This document shows, one piece after another, positions 1 to 11,169 of a stretch of DNA of 64,000 nucleotides. Position numbers and translations under genes: made by a program. This DNA comes from Podarcis filfolensis (lineage: Eukaryota): assembly GCA_964270895.1 (NCBI GenBank), contig OZ185441.1, one strand, 5' to 3'. The first letter of the stretch is position 1, and each line of letters opens with the position of its first letter. The notes under the pieces are model-generated. The model had not been told where the DNA came from and ran no database searches. It saw only the letters and a program-made list of their open reading frames with translations.

Positions 1-1011
1 ACTGAGCTCTCTTCATAAGAATAGTCATTAAAGTGAAATGGAATGTCTGCAAGCTCAGGAGCTCTGGTTGCTTATTAAAAGGCACATGGGCTCTGTATTT
101 ATTAAAGTAATAATAATGATCAGTGATTTAGACCAGCTATTTCAATTTTCAGTTATTTCATTTTTCTTATGTTGGTTTAGGAAAATAATAATTGCCACAG
201 TGATCTTTGCTGGACACATGGAGTAGTTTTCCACTAATTTAGTGACAAGTAGCAGTGGTTGCTTTCCTTTTGTACAAAGCAACATGTCACTTATTCTTTT
301 GGTGTATGGGGTGTGTGTTTTTAACTTCTCTTCCAATTTCTGCACAGTAGTCCTACAAGATTCCATTTAAATGCAATAGTGTGATATCTAGTCCACATGT
401 AACAGCTTGGAGAAGAGTGATACCCATACCACTTTCTACATTAATAAAAATCAAGGTAGATATATGCTGCAGCATTGGACACAAGAACACACATCCTCTC
501 AAAAACTAAATAAAAACAAGTCAATGAAATTATAGGGCATTGATGCAACTGGAAAGAGATGTTTGTTGTCTGACACTTAAAAATAAATATATGCTGAAAC
601 TCTCACATATTAAAACTTTTATTTAAAAGTCATAAACAGCACCACCATGAGAGGACTTGTGTATCTACTATTAATGTCACAGGCAATAAAGAAGGAAATG
701 CCTATAAATGGGGAGGGAACCATCTTCGTCCCCATCAGGGCACTAGGCTCCACCTATGCCAGCACAGTGTTTCTTTAAATTTTGTTGTTTTCACTGCTGC
801 TACCAGAAGGCAGAAAAATTTGCTTTGGGAGGATGGATCTTTTCTTCCAAAGTGGAGTTTAGCAACCCCTAAATTATACTGTCAGAATATTCAGTGTGAA
901 TACTATTGCTGTTCAAGTTATCTATTTACACATCCAGCTTTACAGTATATAATTATGCACCAGCAGTGCATACTCTGATTATCAGCAGTTGCCTATTTTC
1001 AGTTTTCATGA

Positions 1012-1222
1012 GAGCATAGTCAAGTGGTTAAAAGCATGAGTTGTAAACCAATTTTAGTTCAAATTTTAGCATATTGGGCAGCTTTAGGCAGACCACCATT
1101 TTTCAATCTTAATTCCGCGTCTGTAATTTGTGGATAATACAGGCCTACATTCCATGGTTGTTGTAAGGATTACTGAGTGAAGTATGTGAAGCACTTTAAG
1201 CATTTAGAGAAAACACTATAAT
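1012..1222 (+). mobile_element. Degenerate MIR-like/CORE SINE
   Basis: tRNA-like head (agcatagtcaagtggttaaaagcatgag), CORE-like middle (ggttgttgtaaggatta) and tail (atgtgaagcacttt). Recognised from recalled consensus only. Confidence 0.55.
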
Positions 1223-2381
1223 CACCAATAACTGCTCTTTTTGCAGCCAAGATGACCTTATTCTCATCAAAAAAATGATAGATATCTTTGAAGAATAGTT
1301 ATTTTGTGCATTTGGCAATTTACAGTTGGGAGTAGAGTCAGGGATTTTATGCCAGTACTGAGATTAATTGACCAAACTATTTTGAGTACCTCTGCAATTG
1401 CATGTGCCTACCTCCTTGAAATGTAGTGCCATAATATTTGCCACCATCCCCCACCCTCCTTATGTATTTATGCATGTATTTCTATTACAGAATAACTTTT
1501 TCAGCAGCATCTTTGTGACAGGATTCATTTTTTTCCCTTTACCAGTGATCCTAAGTACATTCATAGCCATTTCTAACATGACAAATTCCCTATACCAAAA
1601 TAATTTTGAAATATAAAATAGAATTTACAAAATCAAAGCTGAAAAATTGCAGATCTGTTTTTCCATGAGTATATGCCACAGAAACCTGCTAGCAGTCAGA
1701 ACTTCCTTGCAATTAAACATGTGAAGCAATAAAAATGTGTATTTTTTGTATGCAACAGTGTACACAAAGATTTATATGCAATTTTCTACACTCATTTAAG
1801 TAATTTGTCATGTGTCAAGTGGCCCTTACTGAAATCGATGTGACTTCGGGCCAAATTAGAAGGTATTAATCCTGCATGCAGGCTTCAGGAAAGCCTTTAC
1901 TTATGGCCATGTAATGTGAAGGCAGTGTAATGTTTAAAAGATTATCACCACATGTGCAGCCCAGTTATGCAGAGTATCTGTACACCAGCATCATCCCTGA
2001 TGAGAATGTGCAACAATGATAGGTCTATTATAGACGCGCATATTGGGGGCTGCAAATGCAGTAAAGATCTTTTAAATATCATACTCACTGTGCTCTGCAT
2101 GTGGAGTTAATATTAGCTAAACTGGCCCTTCCGGGGAAATACATGTTTAGGATCCAGGTGTTAATGTATTTCCAACCTCCCATGATGCTGTTGCAGTGTT
2201 TACACTTACACCTTTACTGCTGTAAAGAAAAAGTGTCTGACTCATTTCAGATTTAGATTGGCCTGTATAATACAATTTGAAATGTCTCTCATTTAAACTA
2301 ACCTTCTGTTTTCTTTGTGTTCCCTTAAAAACAGATTGTTTTTCTTTTGTCATTTTGATTTCTTTTCTTTTCTTTTTCCAG

Positions 2382-2423
2382 CAATCCGGCCTCTTAGCAT
2401 GTCTTACAGTTTTGACTTGTCAG
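2382..2423 (+). CDS. SPIRE1: SPIRE1 42-nt cassette exon, (A)IRPLSMSYSFDLS(D)
   Basis: Long pyrimidine tract + CAG acceptor (2380-81), GT donor at 2424, phase 1/1. The peptide matches the recalled human SPIRE1 segment AMRPLSMSYSFDLS. Confidence 0.93.
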
Positions 2424-2759
2424 GTAAAAAGTGCTACAGCACCTGACGTGGTTATTGTGATAACTGTAAATCGTGTTCCATTCCATTTCTTTGTTTAATG
2501 TAAGAAAAACATCTGAAGGATGTTTTTCCAAATCCTAGTCTGCAGATTTTAAGATTAATTTAAATATCATCTGAGATACACACTAAAATCACTAGCATTT
2601 GTGTAAACATTTATTTTTAAAAATACTGTAGTTATAGAAGAGTGCAGAGCTAGTATAATATATTTGAGTAAATACCCATTACTCTGACTGGGCACCCAAA
2701 GGGAAGGAGTAACTCCTCTATGAAGAAAGGTTGCGGCATTTGGGACTTTTAGTTTAGAG

Positions 2760-3239
2760 AAAAAGTGAGTAAGCGGTGACATGATAGACAAGTATAAAAT
2801 TATGCATGGCATGGAATAAGTTTTTCAGAAAAGTATTTCTGCCTCTCTAATAACACTAGTACATGTGGACATTCCATGAAGCTGAATCTTGAAAGATTCA
2901 GGACAGGTAAAAGAAAGTACTTTTTCATGCAGCACAAAGTTATATGGAACTCGCACCCATGGCAGGCAGTGATGGCCACTAACTTAGACAGCTTTAAAAT
3001 AGGATTAGATACAGTCACGGAGGAAAGGGCTATCAAATGATGGCTCTTATCTGCCTCCACAGTTGGAGGCAATAATGCTTCTGGATACAAGTTGCTGGAA
3101 AAACAGGGTGGGAGAATCATCTTGTGCTCAAATCCTTCTTGCGGATTTACCACAAGCATCTGGTTGGCCACTGTGATAATGGGATACTGGACTATATGGG
3201 CCATTGGCCTGATCTAGTAGACTCTTCTTGGGTTCTTAT
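2760..3239 (+). mobile_element. 5'-truncated CR1 LINE 3' end (decayed RT C-terminus and 3' UTR)
   Basis: Degenerate GDMIxxYKIMHG...RFRTxKRKYFF-type coding remnant, followed by a CR1-like 3' UTR ending in ttcttat. Confidence 0.75.
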
Positions 3240-4164
3240 AAATTTATTCACAAACCGTTTATAGAAGATTGGTTCTGTTGGTTCACTGTACCAGTGCAAT
3301 GCTCCACAATAGTGTTGGTCCAGAACTCCCTTCATACATGAGCCAATGACAGGCATGATCGTCTAACCACGATTAGCAGTGGCCTCTAGGCTCATGCAAT
3401 TTTCCTCCACTTCTACATGAGAATTTTCCTTCCCTTTGATTTTCATATGGCAAGATCAGAGCTAGGTTTGAAGGAGTCCAGGAGAAAAGCCCCTCCTAGG
3501 ACCTCCCATATCACCCTGGTCTTTGCATCAAGGAAGCTTAACAAGTAGCTTTGTCACTTCTTAACATGTTTTCTCAATGTGGCAGGTGCACTGCAAAGTG
3601 AAGCACTTTCTGAGGGTATTGCCACCTGCCATTTTCATTTCCTAGAATACCTCTTGGCATCAAGTCCCAGAAGCATTCTGAGGAAAAGCAGATGTTGGGT
3701 GGATGCAGCCTTGGCAGCCACTTTGCAGCATGGACACCACTTTGGTAAAAAAAAAATAAAAAAATTAACAAAGAAAATGAAAAGTTATTTCAGAGTCTAG
3801 CATTAGCCCTGAATGGCCTTCTTGTGGCCTATGAGTCCCAGCATTTACCTGACCATTGCAGGTGCTCACAGTGGGCCTAAACCATAATGTAGTGTAATAT
3901 CACATATGTACTAGTATTTCATCTAACCATGGTAAGCACCAAATCAGAGTTTGCAACTATCATTAAAAGTAGCTTTCAGAACTCTGAGGAGAGCTAAGCA
4001 GGGCTAGCAAAGATTCTCGTACAGGCGTAACATTAGCCATGGCTAGTTCTGAAAATCTAAGAGAGAGAGAATTCACATGGAAAAGGGGAGGAGGAAGGGA
4101 GATAAAACGAGAACTTACTATTCTTTCTTGAACTCATAACCTTATGAGGTTGTTTCAATAGATA

Positions 4165-4343
4165 CAGTGGTACCTCGGGTTACAAACACTTCGGGTTACA
4201 GACTCCGCTAACCCAGAAGTAGTACCTGAGGTTAAGAACTTTACCTCAGGATGAGAACAGAAATCATGTGCTCTGTTAAGAACAGTTTCAGGTTAAGAAC
4301 GGACCTCCAGAATGAATTAAGTTCGTAACCAGAGGTACCACTG
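4165..4343. mobile_element. Tc1/mariner (Tigger/pogo-like) MITE, copy 1, internally deleted
   Basis: 19-bp TIRs CAGTGGTACCTCGGGTTAC / GTAACCAGAGGTACCACTG (1 mismatch). TA dinucleotide on both flanks (4163-64, 4344-45). Confidence 0.9.
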
Positions 4344-5174
4344 TACTCTCTTTTTTCTGTTACTAAAATTATATGTGCTACATTAAACAAGGTGACATCC
4401 AGTGATATCTGCCTGCTTGCACAACAATGCTTTGTGTTTCTCTTCTCCCCATTTCAGCCCCCCTGCATGCCCCCAAAATCTGCTCCAGAGGGGCTGCTGT
4501 GGGGAGGAAAGAGAGGTGAAATCCTGTTGCACAAATGGACACCCACTTGTAATATGTTGGATCTGACCCATAACCTTTCACACTAATACATTAATATGCT
4601 GTAGATTTATTATTTAACATGTTACAGATTTCAACCATGCTTTGGATTTGAATATTATCTAAAGAGCTTTTGCTTTTCTGTTTCTGTTTAAAAAGTTTTA
4701 TAACAGGCAGGCATGTGTATCACACAGAAATATGATGTTGGTACTTTATCGTCTGAATTCTGTACCTTCCTCTGAGTTGTGCTTTTGGGGAGCAAATTGA
4801 GGAGCTTGTGGATAGAAGAGGGATAGCACATGATCAGCACAAGCTTCAGTTATGATGATTTTGGATTAAGGAAGAATAGGCTGCATTCAGGAGTTTTCTT
4901 TAACTGTGTTGCTGTATGTGTGTGTTTTATTCAATTGTTTAAAAATGGATATTTCCATTTGCTTCCATGTTAATTGGTGCTTTCATCATCATCAACCTCC
5001 CTGCTTGTTTTGTCTGATGATTTGATGTTTACAAATAGGGAATCCCTCAAAAAGGAGAGCAGTAGTCTTATTTGTATTATTTTTTATAATGTTTGCCCAA
5101 ATAGTTTAAGTATAGTTTTTGATTTTGAATTAGGCTCTGTTATTTTCATCACTATCATTATTAATCGCTTATGC

Positions 5175-5683
5175 CGGTGGTTTTCAATCTGTGTGCCATG
5201 GCAACCTGGGGTGCCTTGAATGATAGTCAGGGGTACCATGGGCAACACTGGTCTCTGTTCTTCTTTCCTTCCCTCCCACCTCTGATGCCCGCTCACGTTT
5301 CTGCTTCCCAAAGGCTTGCACAGCTGTTTGTTGCATCAGCCCTGGCTACAATCTCTCCAGGCAAATGGTGCCTCTGGGGCTGCCCAGGGGGTGCTTCTCA
5401 GGCCCCTGTGGGGCAGTGTGAGGAGGCATCTCTCTTTGGGGCATGAGGGGCAGCTCAGAGACCAGTGATGGTAGCTGCAGCTGCCCAGAGGACTCCCAAG
5501 GAGACGGGAGAAGAGAGGAGGCTGATGAACACTCCACAAGGGGGGTGTTCAAAAAGTGGTGAGCGGCTGCCAGCTTTGCAGGCAAGTGGTGACATAACTG
5601 GGCTCCTGAGCCATACAGGGGTGCCACAGAAAGAATGTAGTTGGTCAAGGGAGCCATGGACCCAAAAAGGTTGCACACCTCTG
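5175..5683. mobile_element. hAT-type non-autonomous DNA transposon
   Basis: Degenerate TIRs cggtggttttcaatct / aggttgcacacctctg, flanked by a 7/8-identical 8-bp TSD: gcttatgc (5167-74) and gtttatgc (5684-91). Confidence 0.7.
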
Positions 5684-5739
5684 GTTTATGCAGTACCATT
5701 GCTATACGTGACACCTTAGAGTTTCATTTGTAAAGAACA

Positions 5740-6130
5740 GCCGAGTCTCTACCTACAAGGAGCTTACAGTCTTAAAACTGAGAGTGGGGGGGCAAGAAAG
5801 GAAGATAAGGAAATAAAGTGCAGAAGATTGGTAGAACTGGAGGAAGGGTTGTAACAAGAAACAAGGGCTTAAAGTCAGAGTGGACATGTGGATGAAGAAG
5901 CATTTTGAGATGGTCTGAGCAGCAGTAGAGGTCAGTGTTTTGAATAAAGAGGACTGAGTAAATAATGAGGCTGTAAGTAATGGAAGGTCTCATATCTATC
6001 AAGAGCTGAAAAGAGTTCCAGCTGCTCTTCATAATCCTGTTGCTGAAGGTGACACCAAAGTGTGTCAACTATCAGATAGACTCTTGGGAAGATCAAGGGC
6101 ATGAGAATTAGTCTGCACATGCAGATGGAA
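5740..6130 (-). mobile_element. Ancient L2 LINE 3' fragment
   Basis: Motif caaggagcttacagtct is typical of the reverse complement of L2 3' ends; a purine-rich decayed body follows. Confidence 0.55.
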
Positions 6131-7671
6131 CAAGGACCATTGGTTTAACAAGGCCCCTGTTTTATTTATACTTCAACAGGTTGCCACAGAACCACAACTC
6201 TATATTAGTCCTTCAACACTGGACAAGCCACTAGCCAAAAACATATTTGGCTGTATAATTTTCACAGCCTGGTTATACTTAGATTTTTATTATGAAATCT
6301 CCCTTGTATAAATTGGAATGTTTTTTGGGGAGAGGCACTAAGGAGAGGGAGTCAAATCTCATGGCCCATCAAACATTCCAGTAGAAGCCTGTTCCATGAG
6401 GCTTCCTTTGTCACCAGAAAGGGAAGGCGGTGCATGCTAGCCACCTTTTATTGAATTTGTGTGGTCTCCCACCCTGTAACCACTACAGTTCCCTCAGGTT
6501 TCTGACATTTACCCTCCAGGAGGATGTTGCTTTAAGCCTTTGCTATCATATTTGGTTTCCCCCAGAAGACCTGTTCCATCTCTTGGTGTGTGCCAATGTG
6601 TGTTAGAGGAACATAGGGACTGCCTACAGAGCCTCTGACTTTAATCATAATAACTTTAATCATAATATGTTACCACATTGGTCATGCTTGCTGTTCACAT
6701 TTTCCTCGCCTCTTAAATTTATACATTCCTTCTAATTGATACTTCTAGTCAGTTTTAGCAGCTGGCTAGACAGAAGTGTTGGGAGAGGAAGGTTTTTTGT
6801 TTGTTTCTGTTTTTAGCTTAAAAGTGCTGCTTTCTTATTTTAAAGATGTGTTTCAGTGGTTTTATGTAAAAGAGGGTGACAGGGAGTGTATTTCATGTTA
6901 TATGCAATTTTATTTATGTATGTGAAGTGCTGCCCATTTTATTTGGTTTGAATTCAGGTTCTAACTAGAAGATAGAAGAGCTGAGGTACAAGAAAGGGAG
7001 AGATGGATTGTTCCCCTAACCCAGCTATTCTTGGATTATCCGCTCCCCCAAAATGTAACTGGAAATCCACTTCCATAGAGCTTGTAAATTAAATACTTTT
7101 TAAGTCTGAAGCTGAAGCAGTTGTTCAATTGATCTTGAAATGGTTCAAATAAATTACTTGATGTTTCAACCAGCTGTGCAAAGAGGATTCAGTAATTAAT
7201 AATTTAACAAAGATCCCACCAGGGAACTATTTTCAGAGGAAATGATAACTCTTATTCTCTGAACCCACTGTATACTAACAGGGAAGTTACAGAGGAAGCT
7301 GTTTATGGAAATTAAGAAGATTAGGAACAGATTCTTTAATATCAGTGCACAATTCCTGGTATTCAGCTACTTAATTGAATCAGGAATTTTATCTTTAAAT
7401 GAAAAGGCCTGAACTAGGATTTCTCCTAAGAAAGTGGATTTGATCAAAGACATAATGTTAACTAAGAAATAGATGGTCCTCCCTACTTCTGCCCTGTTCA
7501 CCATTTAGTGCAGTTTATTGAAAGAGGAGACTTCTAATTTCCTTGATAATCAATTACTTGGTCATCAAGGAGAATGACAAAAGAACCAGGACAAAGGTTT
7601 TCATGACTAGGATTGTGAACATAGCTATGCCTAGGGAGACCTGTCAAACTTCATTTCCACAGATTAATTTG

Positions 7672-7894
7672 TGTGTTTTTTATTTTGCTTTTTATTAGTT
7701 TTCTTACTTGATGAACAAACACAGACAATAAAATAACCAAAATAATAAAATGACAACATGAAACAAAAAAGGGAAAAATGAAAAAACATAAAAAAAGCAT
7801 ACATACAACCATAAATCTTAAGTTCTTATATACGGATTTATGTCACCCTATTCTTTAATCCCAATTCCTTTTCTTCTCTAATAGGCTTCCGTCC
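7672..7894 (-). mobile_element. 5'-truncated LINE 3' end (L1-like) with 16-bp TSD
   Basis: Perfect direct repeat tccacagattaatttg at 7656-7671 and 7895-7910. The insert is T-rich on the minus strand, with AATAAA near its end. Confidence 0.7.
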
Positions 7895-8489
7895 TCCACA
7901 GATTAATTTGGTAATTTGTAGAGGCTCTGGGCTACAACTATCCATAACATTTTCCTTTTCAAGAAGAAGGAATTCCAGCAGGTTTAGCTATACATAACAA
8001 TTCCTTTTGTGCCACATTTCTAAGGCACAGGTCAGCACTTTAAAGCTCTGTGTCCAAACCTGCATTTTACCACTGAATTGGGGCAAACAACAATAGGTTT
8101 TCTGCACACAGAGCGCTTTAAAGTGCGGAGCTGTGCCTGGAAGAGGAAGTCTGGATAATCCCTAAGTCACCTTGTGATTGTGAAATCAGCATCAATTCTA
8201 AGACTTATTTTTATTTTTCTATCTCCAGATTGTATCCATATCTAGGCAAACAGCATATTAAAAATCCTAATCATCTGTTCTAATTGTCTTTTCCAATGAA
8301 AACTGCTCTTGAACACAAACAGCATATGGGTACATGATTGCTCATGTTCATATATAATTTATGTTCTCTTTGATTCATTTGGTAAGCACAGTAATCTGTA
8401 CCTAGAAAGGAAAGGTGAATTCCATTTTGGTTTTGTATTATCTTGTTTTACACCTTAGTAGTAGACACTGATACCAAAATGTCATAGCA

Positions 8490-8578
8490 TTAAGGCTCTT
8501 ATGCATACCTATCTAGGAATAAGCCCCAGTGAAAACAAATGGACTTACTTCTGAGTAGACGTGTATAGGATTGCACTA
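8490..8578. repeat. Short palindromic squamate MITE-like repeat (related copies ~52215-52285 and ~58485-58575)
   Basis: Shared layout: ttatgcat...aagccccattga...ggacttact...taggattgc, with inverted symmetry. Confidence 0.5.
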
Positions 8579-9021
8579 TAAAAAGATCCAACTCAGCCGT
8601 TTTCCAAAAAGGATTGCAGCCTGTGATATTTGATAGCTATTTTTCCATCTTGGCAAGATGAGAAATGTATATTTTGCAGCCAGGCTGCCGTTTGTCTTTG
8701 AATTGCTGACTAACAGCAGAGGTAACTGCTATTGCTTCCCATTTGTCTGACTAAATTAATCTGTATTGAATTAATTATCATTTCAGAGTTTATACTGACA
8801 AAAAAAACCAGCCTCTAAAAGCCCTGTATTTACAGTAATTTTGTGGTGTGTGAGAGATCTAATAGCTAGCTATATTTTTTGCTGTAAATTTAAGTTAGTT
8901 GCCCTTTACCGTTTGTTTGAATTATTTTCAGTCTGAATATTGGTTATAAGCAGTTGCTTCCAATATTTTATTCTATTTTTTTACTGGTCTGAAGACATTG
9001 TGGCCTTGATTCTCTTGAGAT

Positions 9022-9206
9022 TGACAGTAAGAGCTGTTCGACAGTGGAATTTGCTGCCAAGGAGTGTGGTGGAGTCTCCTTCTTTGGAGGTCTTTAAGCA
9101 GAGGCTTGACAACCATATGTCAGGAGTGCTCTGATGGTGTTTCCTGCTTGGCAGGGGGTTAGACTCGATGGCCCTTGTGGTCTCTTCCAACTCTATGATT
9201 CTATGA
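9022..9206 (+). mobile_element. Young CR1 LINE 3' end
   Basis: Translates ...VRQWNLLPRSVVESPSLEVFKQRLDNHMSGVL*, then a CR1 3' UTR ending ctctatgattctatga. Confidence 0.88.
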
Positions 9207-9516
9207 GATAACTAAAAGCTGGGAAACGGTACGGATATATATCATATGACAGAGGGATACCAGTGTATGTTGCAGCAAAAACAATAGAGTGTTTTTTAGC
9301 AACTTAAATACCTAACAAATTCATTTTGATGTTTGTTTGTTTGATGCTCTTTGTCGGAAGCTCTCTGGGCAGTTCACAGCATTAAAATACAAAATAAAAA
9401 CACATAATAAAAACAAGAATAAAAACAAAACAAACCCATAACAATCCCCCATAAACTTCCATAGACTAGTCCTCTTCATCAAATGTTACCTGCAATTGTG
9501 TCTGTATGTTTATCTA

Positions 9517-9550
9517 TACACACACACACACACACACACGCATGCACACA
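9517..9550. repeat. (CA)n microsatellite
   Basis: acacacacac... with a short interruption. Confidence 0.9.
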
Positions 9551-10461
9551 CATATGGTACATACGCACGTTTGGCAAGGAAGAGAAATGTAAAGAGTGAA
9601 GTCGAAGGGAAAGCAAAGGATGGTGGAAATAGCATAACTATCACAGTCTGCACTTCACTGTTTAGAATCCTTCTCCCTTAGCTCCCTTCGTACATCTGTT
9701 GGCTGTTGTCCACAAAAATGTGTTAGGTGCCACAAGACTCCTGGTTTTTTAAAATCTATATCTTAAGTGGTAATAGAATTATTTAAAGGTAAAAAACAAA
9801 TGTTTTTCCCCAACTACATATCAGTTGGAAAATACTTACAAGTGTGACCAAAAAATAGTCTGGTAAAATGCATTTCAAGCTATCCTTGAGCTTTATTCTT
9901 TTCTTTTTGTTATATTTTCTGTTTGCGTGTATGTTTCCTTGTGAATTTCCTTTGGGTTCTGCAAGGTGTAAGTAGCTGGCTGCTGATATGCTAAAACTAT
10001 TTTTAGCAATATTGGATGGATGATTTGTTTATCCACGGTTTCACAAAATCAAAGTAGATTTGCCTCTAAAAATAGAAGCACGGATTTATATAATTCGAAT
10101 AGATTATTTACAACACCCATCCAATCAGGGCCTGGGATATTCCGTAAACAGAAATCATGAACCTGACTCCCTCCCAAGCCTTCCTTGGTGCCCATGTGCA
10201 CCAGGTTGGAGACCTTCAGTTTTTTAGTTTGTAATTGCAGAGCAGTTCCTGGAGCTGGAAGTCTTTTGATTTTAAAGGATTCTTGGGCAGGGGGCAAAAG
10301 TATCAGGGGTGGCTTCCCCACCTAGTAGCCAATCTTGTTTGCTTCCTTGTTGCCCTCCGGCCATGTGGAGCTGACAGTAGGCACTTGCTTCACCCTATGA
10401 AGGGACCGTGTGTGTTGTGTATGATTCAGAATATGCATTTGGGCAGAGAGTGAAAAATAGG

Positions 10462-10587
10462 TCATAGAATCATAGAATTGGACAGGACCATGAGGGTCAT
10501 ATAATCGAACCCCCTGCACAGGAACCTTTTGCCCAACATTGGGCTGGAACCCACAACCCTGGAATTAAGAGTCTCAGGCTCTACTGC
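10462..10587 (-). mobile_element. Composite SINE: tRNA-derived head plus CR1-derived 3' tail
   Basis: The + strand begins tcatagaatcatagaa (reverse complement of the CR1 tail) and ends with gggctggaacccacaaccctgg...gctctactg (reverse complement of a tRNA B/A-box head). Confidence 0.6.
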
Positions 10588-11002
10588 CATAGGTACCTTT
10601 CAGCACAACGGGGGGGGGGGGACTGCTTTGTAGTCTAGTAGAAGTACAGGAGGGTTCACATGGGCAAAAGTGCTCCCCAAGTTTTAACATTTTATTGGTT
10701 TTATTGAACTTTGAGCAAAGGGTTATCTGCTAGAAACACAAATAAGTTTATAATTTGAATGAGATCAGGTTTTTGAAAGTACATTTGTGAAAGTCACATG
10801 CTTCCCTTCCTCCTCAGATCCACTAATGCTTTTCTGTCGCATCACATCCACATTGCACTCCAGTGTCTGTAACTTTATAGAAAAAAGAGATAAATTTCAC
10901 AGTTGTGAAACTTCGGTATTAATTGCGCTGTGAGAAACAAGTATAAGTTGAGTATACTTTTCTACTGTGCCACCACAATAATTTTTCTCTTTCTCCCCCT
11001 AG

Positions 11003-11169
11003 ATGTATCAACACCAGAGGCCTCCAAAAATCTTTCAGAAAGCTGTCAGAATGGCAACTTTTCATCAGAAGCAAAGCTGAATGGCATTGGTGCTACTAAG
11101 TTGACAGTACAACGGAAAAGACTTTTGAAAGCTCCCACTTTGGCTGAACTGGATAGCTCAGATTCAGAG
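11003..11169 (+). CDS. SPIRE1: SPIRE1 exon, (D)VSTPEASK...[20 protein letters not shown]; contains the myosin-V globular-tail-binding motif
   Basis: TAG acceptor at 11001-02, GTAAGA donor at 11170, phase 1/0. [13 protein letters not shown] is the conserved Spir GTBM segment. Confidence 0.96.

Noticed and set aside
5084-5719. Cluster of 67-122 aa ORFs
   Set aside because: All lie within the GC-rich hAT MITE; no transposase motifs.
9255-9755. Two inverted, highly decayed Penelope-like terminal-repeat remnants (~9262-9330 and ~9700-9752)
   Set aside because: Too degenerate to align confidently; no hammerhead core left.
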